DNA of 53,949 nucleotides from a virus (Duplodnaviria > Caudoviricetes), in IMG/VR virus record IMGVR_UViG_3300021093_000101, positions 1-53,949 of that record. The stretch is one strand, 5' to 3'. Both the position numbers and the translations under genes were made by a program. Within the stretch, counting starts at the first letter, position 1; each line of letters starts with the position of its first letter. Shown in pieces: positions 18,446 to 29,800 of the stretch. The notes beneath the pieces are model-generated. The model was not told the origin of the DNA. It did not search any database and saw only the letters and a program-made list of their open reading frames with translations.

Positions 18446-20698
18446 TTAATAAGAACCATCATCTAGCGTGCCAATCGTCATAACACCCGTGCCAGAGGCT
18501 ACTAAGACTTCCGAAGATCCTCTTACGACGCCAGTTGTGCCACTTGTTGCAATTTGTATTTTTGACCAAATCAATTCATTAAAATCCTCTTGACTCGCCA
18601 CCCCGGAAGCCACTGGAACAAGAGAGCTGCCATCAACAAGCACGTCTTGATCGGAAATGCCAGCGACAGCACTCGCCAGTTCAACTTTCGTCCAAGTGGA
18701 TCCAGTGCCTTCTGATAGCACCCAATTGCCTATGGATAGGGCGACATTGGGGGCTGGAGTTGAGCCAACGCCACTTGCAGTAACAATAAGATAAATGCCA
18801 TTATTGCTCGTATTGGGCGAAGACAACGGCGAGCCTACAGTCAGACCGGCTTCAATGCCATAAGAGTTAATGCTTTCAACAACATTGCCGGAAGCATTAT
18901 AAGTGCCACCAAAACGAAGATTGATCTGAGTGGGACTGCCATATCCCAAATTCAACCAATAACCATTAATACTAGGGCTAACCTCGCCCACCCAAATATA
19001 GGCAGAACGGTCATTAGGATTAACCCACCACTGTCCAGCAAATTCAGGCGTTGGGGCGCTTTCGCTAATCTGAGCGATGCCATAATCGGCAAGTTGCTGA
19101 GCGGTGACACTATTCTCAGCTAAAAATGTACTATCAAATGTGCCTGTAGTGATTTTGCTGGTGTCAAGATCTGGAATGTCAGAAGCCTGTAAAGTGGCTT
19201 GCGCTGTCACAATATGACCTTGAGCATCAATTGTTACTGATCCCGCATAAGTGCCCGCAATTGCTACGTTGCTATGGTCAATGACGCCTAAAGCATCCAC
19301 GGCCAAGCCAGCGCCAGGTCGCATTGCCCCTGTGTCCCCACTTGTCGCAATCGGCAAGTCTGCTGCAACTAAGTTTCTAAAGGTGGGAGCGGCATCAACT
19401 CCAGTGGAAGGTCCTGCAAAAATTTGATTGGCTACTTGCGTGTCAAGAGTGGTGGTAATTGTTGCCGAAAAATTATCTGGATAGGCAACAGAAAAAGCAA
19501 TGGGAGTGGAATCGGCAAAAGTGAGCGTGCCAATTGCAGCTTGACGCTCCCAAGTGCCACCATCCCACGTGTATTCAATTTTGGTCGAATCATCAAACCA
19601 TTTTTGTCCTACAAACGTGCCATTGCCCACAGGCGCATTTGCGGCAACAATAGAGGAAGAATTGTCGGCAAGTTTGATTGCAGTGATGCCACTATCTGCA
19701 ATTTGAGAACTTCCCACTGCCCCATCGGCAATCTTTGCCTGGGTGATGGCATCATCAAGAACGTTAATTGTCACCACTGCGTCAGCAGCAAGTTTCCCAG
19801 CCTCAATGCCGCTTGCCGCGATCTTGGCATTAGTAATTGCTCCATCGGCTAAATTGGCAGTTAAAACGCCGCCAGCGGCAATTTGCAGGCCGCTAATTGT
19901 TGCGCTGGTAATCTTGCTGCCAGGCACACTGCCATCGGCCAAATTGAGCTTGGCATAAGCAATGGTGGCATCGGCAATTTTGTCGTTTGTAATTGCTAAC
20001 GCCCCAAGAGCCGTAGTGTTCACTGCTCCGGCAGCAAATTTAGCGCTAGTAATGCCTTCATCTGCCAGCGCCAATGTGCCAACTGCTCCATTAGCAAGTC
20101 TTGACGCTTCAATGGTGGAAGCAGCAATATCAGCGTTGACGATGGTGCCATCAGCAATTTTGGCTGAAGTGATGGCTCCATTCGCCACCTTTGCCGTGAT
20201 TACAGCACTATCAGCTAATGCCGCAGAGCTGAGACCCGAAGCGCTGATCTTGGCAGTGGTAACATTGCCATCAGCAATTTTGTCAGTGGTAACTGCACTG
20301 TCCCCGATGCCCGCAGTGGGCATAACCACTTGCTGATAGTCGCCTGCTGAATAAATAAAAAGATTACTATCAGTAGTGCGAAACCATCCGCGTCCGCCAA
20401 AATTATCAGCTACAGGCGCCGTGCTTTGTTCTGCAATGGAACTATCATTGGCCAGCTTGATGGCCGTGATTGCACCAGTGGCAATGGCGGCGGAGCCAAG
20501 CTTGACAGTACTGGCTTGATTAAGCTTGCTTAAATCAATATTGCCACTTGCCGTTAGCGCAATGCCATTCTGAACAAACTGATTGGCTTTGATTTTCTTG
20601 GTTTCGCTAGAACTAATATCAACAATGGCCAGCAAATCATTCGCTGCCAGAGCGGCTCCAGAAAGCTCTGTAAGCTGTGAAATAGTTTGGTCGGCCAT
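18446..20698 (-). CDS. tail fibre protein with 10-residue (I/V)T..K(I/L)AD.A repeats
   Basis: MADQTISQL N-terminus; many decamer repeats; DDGSY end. Confidence 0.8.
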   Translation of the reverse strand: MADQTISQLTELSGAALAANDLLAIVDISSSETKKIKANQFVQNGIALTASGNIDLSKLNQASTVKLGSAAIATGAITAIKLANDSSIAEQSTAPVADNFGGRGWFRTTDSNLFIYSAGDYQQVVMPTAGIGDSAVTTDKIADGNVTTAKISASGLSSAALADSAVITAKVANGAITSAKIADGTIVNADIAASTIEASRLANGAVGTLALADEGITSAKFAAGAVNTTALGALAITNDKIADATIAYAKLNLADGSVPGSKITSATISGLQIAAGGVLTANLADGAITNAKIAASGIEAGKLAADAVVTINVLDDAITQAKIADGAVGSSQIADSGITAIKLADNSSSIVAANAPVGNGTFVGQKWFDDSTKIEYTWDGGTWERQAAIGTLTFADSTPIAFSVAYPDNFSATITTTLDTQVANQIFAGPSTGVDAAPTFRNLVAADLPIATSGDTGAMRPGAGLAVDALGVIDHSNVAIAGTYAGSVTIDAQGHIVTAQATLQASDIPDLDTSKITTGTFDSTFLAENSVTAQQLADYGIAQISESAPTPEFAGQWWVNPNDRSAYIWVGEVSPSINGYWLNLGYGSPTQINLRFGGTYNASGNVVESINSYGIEAGLTVGSPLSSPNTSNNGIYLIVTASGVGSTPAPNVALSIGNWVLSEGTGSTWTKVELASAVAGISDQDVLVDGSSLVPVASGVASQEDFNELIWSKIQIATSGTTGVVRGSSEVLVASGTGVMTIGTLDDGSY

Positions 20699-20740
20699 CT
20701 TAAAAGACTATTCCTGATAATGGGATTCTAGCGATGATCA

Positions 20741-21622
20741 TTAATCATCCACCTCTTTTAGTAAAGCGTCCACCGTATATTCGCTCAAGTTAATCTTGTC
20801 AAGATTTTCTTGTAGCACGTAAGAAGGAGCCTGCCCCACTTGTAATTTCACTTCGCCAGTGGTCAAAAAATCTACAGCGCATGAAATAATATTGTCGCTT
20901 CTTACTTCCACGCCAGCGCGAGTGACAACAGCTTCAAATTGATACCACACGTCTAAATTGCTGCCATACGACATTTCTGTTGCTAAAAACAAAGAAGCCT
21001 CAAATGCACTGCCAGTTTCCACTCTCTGAATAAGTTGCAGCAGAAGCAAAGGAGTTTCTTCGTTCGCAATTGTGTCGTAGCCAAACAACACATCAATACT
21101 TCCATTGCCGCTAATAAGCCCAGCGGAATATTGCTGTCTAAATTTGTCGCTCAAGCTTGTAATATCAACGGCTTCTCTTTCAGTGTTAAGCGTATAACCA
21201 GTCACTTTTCCTAGCGTATTAAAATTAGTGTCTTCTATGCTTATTTCTACGGTTAATGGTTCGCCCTCAAAAGAAACCAAGGCAATTTCATTGTCTCGAT
21301 TATTGTTGATAGCGTCGTTAAACTGCGAAAAACCTCTTAATCCGCCAAGAGTATTGACATTCACATAGAACGCCGCCCTGTTTAAAGATACGGTTGTATC
21401 TGTCCAGCTCCAAAATGATGGGGGAAGAAATGCAAGCCCGCGAGGATCCTCTGTAGTGATGGTAATAAAATCACCAGTCAAAAGATCTTCTTCGGAACCG
21501 TCGAAACCAAATCTATTCAGAGTGGTATTAATATCGTCCGAAACAATTGATTTAGAAAGCACAATTTTTTGCGTGCTTCTCCGCAGTTTAACTACGCCAT
21601 TATGCCCTGCAAATAGCGTCAT
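20741..21622 (-). CDS. tail structural protein (tube-fold-like)
   Basis: REAVDITSLSD...GLISGNGS...F.TTG pattern. Confidence 0.65.
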   Translation of the reverse strand: MTLFAGHNGVVKLRRSTQKIVLSKSIVSDDINTTLNRFGFDGSEEDLLTGDFITITTEDPRGLAFLPPSFWSWTDTTVSLNRAAFYVNVNTLGGLRGFSQFNDAINNNRDNEIALVSFEGEPLTVEISIEDTNFNTLGKVTGYTLNTEREAVDITSLSDKFRQQYSAGLISGNGSIDVLFGYDTIANEETPLLLLQLIQRVETGSAFEASLFLATEMSYGSNLDVWYQFEAVVTRAGVEVRSDNIISCAVDFLTTGEVKLQVGQAPSYVLQENLDKINLSEYTVDALLKEVDD

Positions 21623-21627
21623 AACAA

Positions 21628-22110
21628 TTAAACAACGGTTTCAACAAAGTCACCATCCATCGTAAATTGAATGGGAACAGTCGAAAGTTCTCCAGTGGAG
21701 ACGGCGATACCAGCGGAAGTAATATAGGCCCAAAATTTAATATCATCGCTTGAATCCCCGCCTACGTTTAATTGAAGAAACACGCGGTCTGCTTCAGTAA
21801 TATTTCCAGTTTTGTGAATAGCGCCACTCAGAAGAGTGTTAAAACCATAGAGCGTATTACTTTCTGCGCCCTCAAGCCGATAATAAATTAATGTGGCACT
21901 GCCAGTAGCACCCTTAACGCCAGGGGTAAAGGTATTAACACCACTATCAATGGAGTTGGTGGAAATTAGCTCAACAGTAGTATCTAAGTTCCAATCACGA
22001 ATTTTTGCCACTTGACGAATATTAGTGGGCGCTGTCAGCGAACTAGAAGGCGCTGTGCTATCCGTTGTGCCAAACGACAGGCTTCCAGAGCGGCCAGTAT
22101 AGAAAGCCAT
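21628..22110 (-). CDS. tail structural protein (tube-fold-like)
   Basis: FYTGRSGSL...VAKIRDWNLD...GVKGATGS...ITS...IQFT. Confidence 0.65.
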   Translation of the reverse strand: MAFYTGRSGSLSFGTTDSTAPSSSLTAPTNIRQVAKIRDWNLDTTVELISTNSIDSGVNTFTPGVKGATGSATLIYYRLEGAESNTLYGFNTLLSGAIHKTGNITEADRVFLQLNVGGDSSDDIKFWAYITSAGIAVSTGELSTVPIQFTMDGDFVETVV

Positions 22111-22150
22111 GGATAATCAATAAGTCTTTTGATTGTATTCTAAAAGCATT

Positions 22151-25100
22151 TTATTCGGGGCGGCCATCAATGGTAAACAATCCAGCCACTCTTGATGCCA
22201 AGCCATTACTAATAAGTGAAAGGCCATTGGCATCCACGCCATGCTCTACGCCACGCACTGTCACTTCTCCTTCTTCATCCATCGCCACTTCTGTCACTTT
22301 AAACACACGCTTATTGCGAATGGCCGTGCCAAGCACAAAGATATTGCCAGCAAAGCCTGCCAATGACGAAGCCGTGTTATTACTCACAACAACATTAGAG
22401 CGGGCAACTGTCCCAGAAGTGGTGGCATCAGGATCATACAGAAGAAACTGATACGAACCATTGCTTACGGTGCCAGCTAGCGGCAAATTCAAAACTCCTC
22501 CCTCTCCAATGCTGCCCGTTTGAATGCCATTCCATTGGTTCTGCGCAAGCTCTACATAGATGTAGCCGCCAGGGGCCACAAAGCTATCCGTGGGGAAAGT
22601 TTTAAATTCAATGGCGCGGCGAGAATGGCGCTTCACTTGACAAAGATATTTGGCCAGCTTGATGGCCTGTTCCCTATTTGTTATGAATCTTGATGCGTCG
22701 ATTGTTTCGCGAATTGCCAAATCAGGACTTAATGTATTTCCATTTATGTCGTTTGTGAGGTAAACTTCTACGCTATTATTGCGCGGAAACACGCCATCGC
22801 GTTCATTTTGCCTATAAATTACTGTAAGAATTACATCTTCGGTGTTGCTGCCATAATCGATAAACTCTTCTTTATAACTATCCTCCAAAATGTTACCAGG
22901 ACTAAATAGGGCCGTGATGGGAATAGTTCTTGAGATTGCACCAGTATTTCTGTCGTAAGGTACTGCAGGAATCAGGGCGTCTCGACCATCTTTTTTGACG
23001 AGCTCTAACAAGCTAAACCCTGCAACGGATGCCCAAAACTCACGCCAAGAAGAAGGCTCTGCAATAATACCATCCATAAACAATCGGTTGACTTCGCAAA
23101 ACTTTTTACTCCTGGCAAGCTCTTCTAAATCAACAGAAAATGGAACGCCCGTTGGTGCATTTCCAGCATATTTGCCAATGCCATCATTTACATCCAAAAT
23201 GGTATCTATAAAAATATCTGGCGCTGTATTGGCATGGCCATTAGCGGTGGGAGATAAATATTGAAAATTTGGTTGTCCCCATGCGATGCCACTCACTGTT
23301 CCAGAAGTTCGCAACAATCTTGACTTGCGTCCCTGCGTGACAAACATTGTCAGCGAACGCAAATCTTGAACATTACGACCAGAATATAAATTCAATCCCA
23401 CTAGTGAAAGATCGCTATATAAGCCAGCAAAAGTTGTAAATGGCTCAGTAATTTGCTCTGTAACTGCCGTTAAAGTAAGCTCTGGACCGTTGTCAAACGA
23501 GGTTTGATATTGTGTGTCAGCAGTATTGCTAAACAAATCCCATTCGTTGGTTTTGATTGGAGAATTATTCAATGGGGGAAGCATATTTGTGCTATTAACC
23601 ACTCGCCCCGTAAAGGTCAGTGTTCTTCCGCCGCCAAGACTAATGCGGGCACTACTGCCACTATTTTCCAGATAAAAGAAACGATACAAGGAACCTTCAT
23701 TAAGAGCCCTGCTCCTGAATTCAGACGTTGTGTCATGAATGGGTTCTAGTTCAAAGTGCCAATTGGCAGCATTGTTCACTCCTGTTTGTCCAGAATTGAA
23801 TCGCAGATAAATAAAATTATCGTTATCTGCGGCACGTCTCACTGCAAAAATACCCTTTACATAGGAAAAATTACTGTCTCCAGAACGCTTATATTTCATC
23901 AAAAATAAAGATGTGCGCAGTTTGATGCCATTGTCGCTAATGGGATAGCCTGTAACGTTTCTACTGCCATATTTTTCTTGTCGCCCGCTAATCCTCCGAA
24001 AAACTCGTGCCTTTAGTGCTAGGTCAATAATGTGACATGGAGAAAGCGTTTCGTAGCTTGCTTTTTCAATTTTTACTAATGCTTTTGTAAAGAAATAATC
24101 ATCTGATCTTGTTCCAGCGTTAATTTCGTTTTGATAATCAATATAGGCCTGAAGGTCCGCTCGTTCCTGTGTTGTTAATAAGCGCTTGAAGACAAGGCGC
24201 GTCGAAGGGCGAGCAAGGCCTCCTCTCACCGAAGTAACTTGAGTGACTTCCAATTCACGAATGCGGTTATTTCTCAATAAATCTTGCGGGGTTCTAGCGT
24301 TAGGGCTATCGTCTTCTGCCAACAAATCATCAACCACCCTTCTTAAGCGCACATAATTGGGATCGCTATCTGCAAGAGCTTGTGCACTTTCAGCGGCAGT
24401 ATTGGCGCTGTAAGGCACGCTAGGGGCAAGTCCAGCTTCTACGCAGCGAAGCGTGACAGTCATGTTGCCATCATCGGTAGAGCCTCTGTTGACAGTGACA
24501 ACGCTAAATTGAGCAGATCCAAGTTTGAAAATTGCTGCATTGTCAAACGCAGAAGACAATGCCCGTCGTTGATCAGCAGCCTCTTCTTCAACAGTAGTAC
24601 TTTGTTGAGTGACGGTAGATGCAAGAGTGATCCTCAAAGTGGTTCCAACTGCAATGGGGCGAAGAGTTGAGGAAGGCGCAGAAGCCCCCCACGCGCTTAA
24701 CGATGATGCAGTGATACCATTTATGGCACTTTCTTCCCTTCCGGCCTGATTGCGAATAATAATATCTACATTGATTGGTACTGGCGAATAAACCCCAAAT
24801 CTATTAGCAATGGCGGGCGATAAAGCATGGCTAAAACCATCCCCGGCAGAAGTGGAAGACGATGGAACAATGCGATATAAATTACGACTACCCACGCCAC
24901 TGGCAGCGGGATCTGCCTCGCCATTACCCCCAATTCTTAAGTCATTACCGCGAATAATACCAGTGCTATTAGGGCGAAAATAAAGCCAATAGTTTTGAGC
25001 AATGAGATCGCGAAGAGGAGTTTGGCCAAAAGCAGCGCGTTGATAATCAATAGCGCCAATACCACCGGCCCCAAGAACAAGTAACATTTGCACATATTGA

Positions 25101-25531
25101 CTGCTGCCAAAACTTTTTACAGACGACCATAAAAGCGAAGTAGCTACTCTTACTCCGCCATTGGAATTAGTAGTTGTATTTGTATAAATTAAAATGACTG
25201 GATCGCCATATTTAGCGAGATCTTGAACAGTATTAAACCCAAAGCGTGGCGCAAATACATCATCGCGAGTTTGTTGGCGCTGGCCTGGTTGGTTCGGAGG
25301 GGACGGGCGAGGCGCCAAAAGCACTGCCGCTACTTGAAATAAAATGCCAACAATAGTTAAAATTGTAGTAACAATGGCAGGAAAATTTCGCGCATCTAAA
25401 ATTGTTCCCTCTTTGATATCGCGATATTCATTTTGCTCTAAAACAAAATCTAAATATTGCTCTTTTGTGATCCCAAGACTTTCAATTAATTGATACTCGT
25501 AGGGCAATAATTTGCGATAATTATTTTTCAT
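22151..25531 (-). CDS. tail tip / central baseplate hub protein (lambda J-like)
   Basis: ~1126 aa; follows M/L/K-like genes; TGATG coupling at 25531. Confidence 0.7.
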   Translation of the reverse strand: MKNNYRKLLPYEYQLIESLGITKEQYLDFVLEQNEYRDIKEGTILDARNFPAIVTTILTIVGILFQVAAVLLAPRPSPPNQPGQRQQTRDDVFAPRFGFNTVQDLAKYGDPVILIYTNTTTNSNGGVRVATSLLWSSVKSFGSSQYVQMLLVLGAGGIGAIDYQRAAFGQTPLRDLIAQNYWLYFRPNSTGIIRGNDLRIGGNGEADPAASGVGSRNLYRIVPSSSTSAGDGFSHALSPAIANRFGVYSPVPINVDIIIRNQAGREESAINGITASSLSAWGASAPSSTLRPIAVGTTLRITLASTVTQQSTTVEEEAADQRRALSSAFDNAAIFKLGSAQFSVVTVNRGSTDDGNMTVTLRCVEAGLAPSVPYSANTAAESAQALADSDPNYVRLRRVVDDLLAEDDSPNARTPQDLLRNNRIRELEVTQVTSVRGGLARPSTRLVFKRLLTTQERADLQAYIDYQNEINAGTRSDDYFFTKALVKIEKASYETLSPCHIIDLALKARVFRRISGRQEKYGSRNVTGYPISDNGIKLRTSLFLMKYKRSGDSNFSYVKGIFAVRRAADNDNFIYLRFNSGQTGVNNAANWHFELEPIHDTTSEFRSRALNEGSLYRFFYLENSGSSARISLGGGRTLTFTGRVVNSTNMLPPLNNSPIKTNEWDLFSNTADTQYQTSFDNGPELTLTAVTEQITEPFTTFAGLYSDLSLVGLNLYSGRNVQDLRSLTMFVTQGRKSRLLRTSGTVSGIAWGQPNFQYLSPTANGHANTAPDIFIDTILDVNDGIGKYAGNAPTGVPFSVDLEELARSKKFCEVNRLFMDGIIAEPSSWREFWASVAGFSLLELVKKDGRDALIPAVPYDRNTGAISRTIPITALFSPGNILEDSYKEEFIDYGSNTEDVILTVIYRQNERDGVFPRNNSVEVYLTNDINGNTLSPDLAIRETIDASRFITNREQAIKLAKYLCQVKRHSRRAIEFKTFPTDSFVAPGGYIYVELAQNQWNGIQTGSIGEGGVLNLPLAGTVSNGSYQFLLYDPDATTSGTVARSNVVVSNNTASSLAGFAGNIFVLGTAIRNKRVFKVTEVAMDEEGEVTVRGVEHGVDANGLSLISNGLASRVAGLFTIDGRPE

Positions 25532-25938
25532 CACTCCGCCCAATAATACTTGCCTTTGGTTACTGTAGCAAATGGCAAACGAGTCACATGCTTACCGGGA
25601 CTTAGCATTAGACAGGATTCGCCATCGATAATAACGGCCATTGCAATGCCGCCTGATGGGGATGGCAAGCAAAAAAGTGCTCCAGGAATGGCTTCGTGAA
25701 TGCATTGACCATATTGTCGCAATAATTTTAAAATTTGGCGAATACTGATGTCTTGTGGACTATGTTCTTTGTATAAATTTTCAAATTGTTTCCGAAAATC
25801 AGTTAACCCTAAACGCTTTCTTGCTTCCATGCATAAAGCAAAGCAATTGGTTCTGCCAGTTCCATCGGAAGGACTGGACGACCAGTCGTATTTCATGCCA
25901 ATTAAATCGTTAAAAGACGGCGATGGAGAAGAAGTCAT
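25531..25938 (-). CDS. NlpC/P60-like tail assembly protein (lambda K-like)
   Basis: LIGMKY.W....DG....NCF.L motif and synteny. Confidence 0.65.
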   Translation of the reverse strand: MTSSPSPSFNDLIGMKYDWSSSPSDGTGRTNCFALCMEARKRLGLTDFRKQFENLYKEHSPQDISIRQILKLLRQYGQCIHEAIPGALFCLPSPSGGIAMAVIIDGESCLMLSPGKHVTRLPFATVTKGKYYWAE

Positions 25939-26471
25939 TGAAGAAAAAGGTCAGCGCTAAGAGGAAGAATACCAACTAAATTGCGGGACAAGGAACGCGC
26001 AGGGAAATTAGCTCCCACGCTATCCATTGCTCCCCTGAATCTAAGCTCAATGGTAGTTTCTGAAAAAGCAGAGCCAATGCCAAGGTAACGCTCGGAATAA
26101 GTTTTAATTACAGCATCATTAGCATTGATCCAGTCAGTGGTTAATTTTAACCGGCTCAAGCGATTTCCGTTTCCTTGCTCGACCAAGCGCACGGCCACCT
26201 CTACATTTGGAAACAATATTTGCATTAATGAATTGTCTCCTCCTGAACTGGAAACTATTCCCTCTACGCGAAAAGGAACAAATGAATATCTTTGGCCGTC
26301 TTTAGTTCGTTGTTCATTAATAAAATAATTTTGATAGCGATGGATAACGGTGCCTCTTTCGGCGCCAAGCGTAATAGTATCGCTTGTACTTAAAGCAGCA
26401 AGCTGATTGGCAGTGCTACTGCTTGTAAAAGCAACAAGTTCAAAATACTGTACAATGCGAATATTGCTCAT
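25935..26471 (-). CDS. minor tail protein (lambda L-like)
   Basis: YQNYF...Y.F.PF, ..DSVG..FP.R motifs and synteny. Confidence 0.6.
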   Translation of the reverse strand: MSNIRIVQYFELVAFTSSSTANQLAALSTSDTITLGAERGTVIHRYQNYFINEQRTKDGQRYSFVPFRVEGIVSSSGGDNSLMQILFPNVEVAVRLVEQGNGNRLSRLKLTTDWINANDAVIKTYSERYLGIGSAFSETTIELRFRGAMDSVGANFPARSLSRNLVGILPLSADLFLQ

Positions 26472-26473
26472 TG

Positions 26474-26857
26474 CTACACCAAGTCGGCAATTAATTTAAC
26501 ACCCACACTGCTAATATTTCGATAAACAGATTGAATGGTTGGAGCCTCGGCATAAAACCATAAAGTTTGAGCCGGAGCTCTTACTAAATTAATAGTGGCC
26601 GTAGACAAACCAGCAAACACCTCTACGGGCAAAGCAAAACCAATGCCTTGTCCCTGCTGTGTATTGTAGTGGTTAATAATTGCCTGTACAGTGCTTTCCG
26701 GCACATTAGCAAATTCAAGTTCTAAATTAAACCCAAAAGGACGATTGCCAAAGCTGCGGCGAATTGTTTTTCCAGATAATGCACGATAAATTTTTACGGG
26801 ATATTCGCCAGTTGTTAATTGCCGATTTGTTGGCTTTAATGATGGAAAATTAGCCAT
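26474..26857 (-). CDS. distal tail protein (lambda M-like)
   Basis: FPSLKP..R...G; W.Y...P; immediately follows the tape measure gene. Confidence 0.65.
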   Translation of the reverse strand: MANFPSLKPTNRQLTTGEYPVKIYRALSGKTIRRSFGNRPFGFNLELEFANVPESTVQAIINHYNTQQGQGIGFALPVEVFAGLSTATINLVRAPAQTLWFYAEAPTIQSVYRNISSVGVKLIADLV

Positions 26858-26859
26858 GA

Positions 26860-29800
26860 TTAACGAAGGCCAATACGACGGCGAGAATTGGGAGAGTTAG
26901 CGAGACGGTCAAGAGCAATAGTGGCTCCACGAGAAGCGCCTTCCCTGACAGCTATTCTACGAGTTTCGGCCATAGCAACTTCCAACTGGGCTCTATCCAC
27001 ATATTCCACGCCATTAATAGTCGTACTTTGGAAACTCATTGATAATACAGGAGTCGTAGCATTATTGCTTGCAGTATTGCCCATGCGATCACGAATGCTC
27101 GTGTCTTGAAGTTGCACTGGAATTGAACGACCATCAGGAAGCGGAACAATGGCTTCGTTGTAGCGCCCTTCTCCGACCAGTCCAAGCGTTGGGCCGGTAA
27201 CCATGCCTCCATTGGCAAATGGCGTTACGGGGAATGGTTCCCAGCCGCCAGTGGCAATGCCACCATTGGCCCCAAAACGCCCGCCAAGAAATCTAGGCAC
27301 TCTTAAGGCGCCAGTGCCAGAAAGATTATTGCTGGCCGTGGCGAGAGAACCACCTCCACCACCTCCACCAAACAATCCTCCTAAACCACTAAAAGCACTG
27401 CCCAAGCCAGCAACACTCATGAGGATGCTGCCGATACCACCAAGAACGCCAGATGTGCCTCCGCTTTGAATTTGTTGCACGCCAGCAGCAATACCCAATA
27501 CTGAGCCAGCGGCGGCGCCAAGAGTTTGCACTGCTCTTCCAAGTGCTTGCCCAAAGCTACTACCTTGTCTTTGAGTTTCTTGAGTGCCAGCAGCTAAAAC
27601 ATTGCTAGCCATTTCAGTTTGCTGACTGATGCCAAATGTAGCATTTGAAAACACGTCTCTAGTGGCAGCAATGGATTGCATATAATCTTCTTGAACGCTA
27701 GTGAGAGAGCTAAGTTGTTCAGAAATGCCAGCAAAATTAACGCTTGTATCCCCCATTGCTTGTGCATATGTAACGCCAGTCATGTCTACACCTGCTCCGC
27801 CAAGTAAACCAGCAAGACCTCCAACAGCAGTAGTTGCTGTCTGTCCAGAAGGAGCAGCACCACCTCCTATTGCATTGGTAAGTTCTTTAATCGCTTTTGT
27901 ATTGTCAATTGTGGCATTTGTATTGGCTTCTACTGGCGTAGCTGCTTTCTTTTGTTCTTCGTCTATGCCTGGAATATTTTTAGGAAGGAACATATCTCTT
28001 AAGCTTTCCTGGAAGAATTTTTCCACTGGGGCCATGGTGAAGTCCAGGAAAATTGTCAATACACGATCAGTAAGAGCTTCTTGGAACTGCTTTAACGCAT
28101 CAGTTGCATCTTCACCTTTAATAACGGCCTTCAAGAAGCCTTTGTAGTCATTGCTTGTGCTCTTGACGAAATCATCAATCAATGCACGAGTTTGCTCAAG
28201 ATTTCTCTTCACCTCTTGCAGGCGATAGATTTCGTCTTCCTTTTCCTTGGAAATACCTTTGTTTTCTTGACGAATCCTGAGACGACGTTCTTCTTCGTCG
28301 GAAATAGCACGCAGCAGTTTAAGTTCTTCTTTTAAATTAGCAATAACTTTATCGCTAATTCCTTCTTTTTTGAGTAGATTATTTTCATCGATAAGCTTGT
28401 TGGCTTCGGGGAGTAATTTTCTAAGCTTCTCTATTAAATCATTTTGAATTTTGTTTCTCTTATTTGCTTCGTCTGTCGTAATAATTCCATCTTTAACTTT
28501 TTGATTGTTTTCTTCAATAACTCTTGTCGCCTCTGCGATGCCAGCGTTGATCCTTTCTTGGATTTCATATTTTTGCATGGCTGCATCTAAGTCGTCACCT
28601 TCCAGCCCTTGAGCCTCAAGACGATTCCTTTCCGCAAGTAATGAATTTTGAAGCTTTTGTTCTGCTGGAGAGAAAATTGACGCCACATAATTTTCCAGCG
28701 CTAATTGAATTTTGCCATAAGCAATCTCTTCCGCTTGCAGGAGAATTAAGTTTTCTTTGCGTTGTGCAATTTCTACTTGCTGAGCCGCTAACGCATCACG
28801 CTTTTCACTGCCAGGCACTTTGCGGGGGGCGCCAGGACCAACTGCCTCGGGAGCCAAGGAAGCCAAGTGTCCAAGCTGGAAGTTGCCCTCTGGAGTGGTC
28901 ACTTGCGCCATTAGTCCTCCTCTGCCTCCCACTTGACCATATTGGCCAATGGAAGCGCCTGGTTTCAGGGCAATGGGAGTACCTTGGGGAGTGAGATAGT
29001 CAATGGCGTTATAGCCATGCCCAGCAGCACCCCTAGACGTGCCAAAACTGCTTGCCGCCTTCCCGCCGATTTCCAAATACTTATCCACTAAATAACGCAA
29101 AGTCTTTTCTGTCATGCCAGCCGCTTGTGCGTGGAGATGAGGACCAGTAGAACGTCCTCGCGTGAGAGCGTCTTGGGACAAAGCTCCACCAGTTGTTGCT
29201 ACTGTCCCAGGCAGAGCGGCGCCGCCAGCCACGCTTCCTTGCGCCAAAAGCACAGCGCTACGTGCTTTAAGCAGCGCCGATTGCCTTTCCATTTCGATTT
29301 GAGACAATTCTTTCTGCAGGCGAATGGCTGCTTTTTGAAAGCTATTGGCACGAGCTTCTTGAAGATCAAACTCAGCATTGATCATGCTCATGCGATGCTC
29401 GTGCAGTTGCTCAATGCGATCAATTTCTGCTTGAGTGAAAGCCTTGGCAAGCTGGTCTTGAAGGTTGTAGTAACTTTCAAGGTTAGTTGTTTTAGTATCT
29501 TGGAGCGTATTTTCTGCTTGCGTAGCGGCAGGATCAGGCTTGTTTAGTCCAAGCTGGGCGGCCCTTCGTTTTGCCACCTCTAAGTCTGCTCGCCCTTCGG
29601 TTTCTACTTTCTCGAGTGGCTCCTTCAGTTTATTTAACGACCCAAGCAAAAAGCCTTTGGTTGCTTCCTCGCCTACTTCTACACCAAGCCGCTCGGCCTC
29701 TCTTTTTTGCGCTGGAGTTAGAGTAATGAACTCGACCACTTTACCACCAGGAGCATTCCTTTTCGTGCCCGTTGTACCCTCTATCTGTTGAATAAAACCT

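Noticed and set aside
15687-20698. Diversity-generating retroelement or invertible fibre cassette
   Set aside because: No reverse transcriptase or invertase gene, and no near-identical nucleotide repeat pair was noticed; the repeats are diverged and protein-level.
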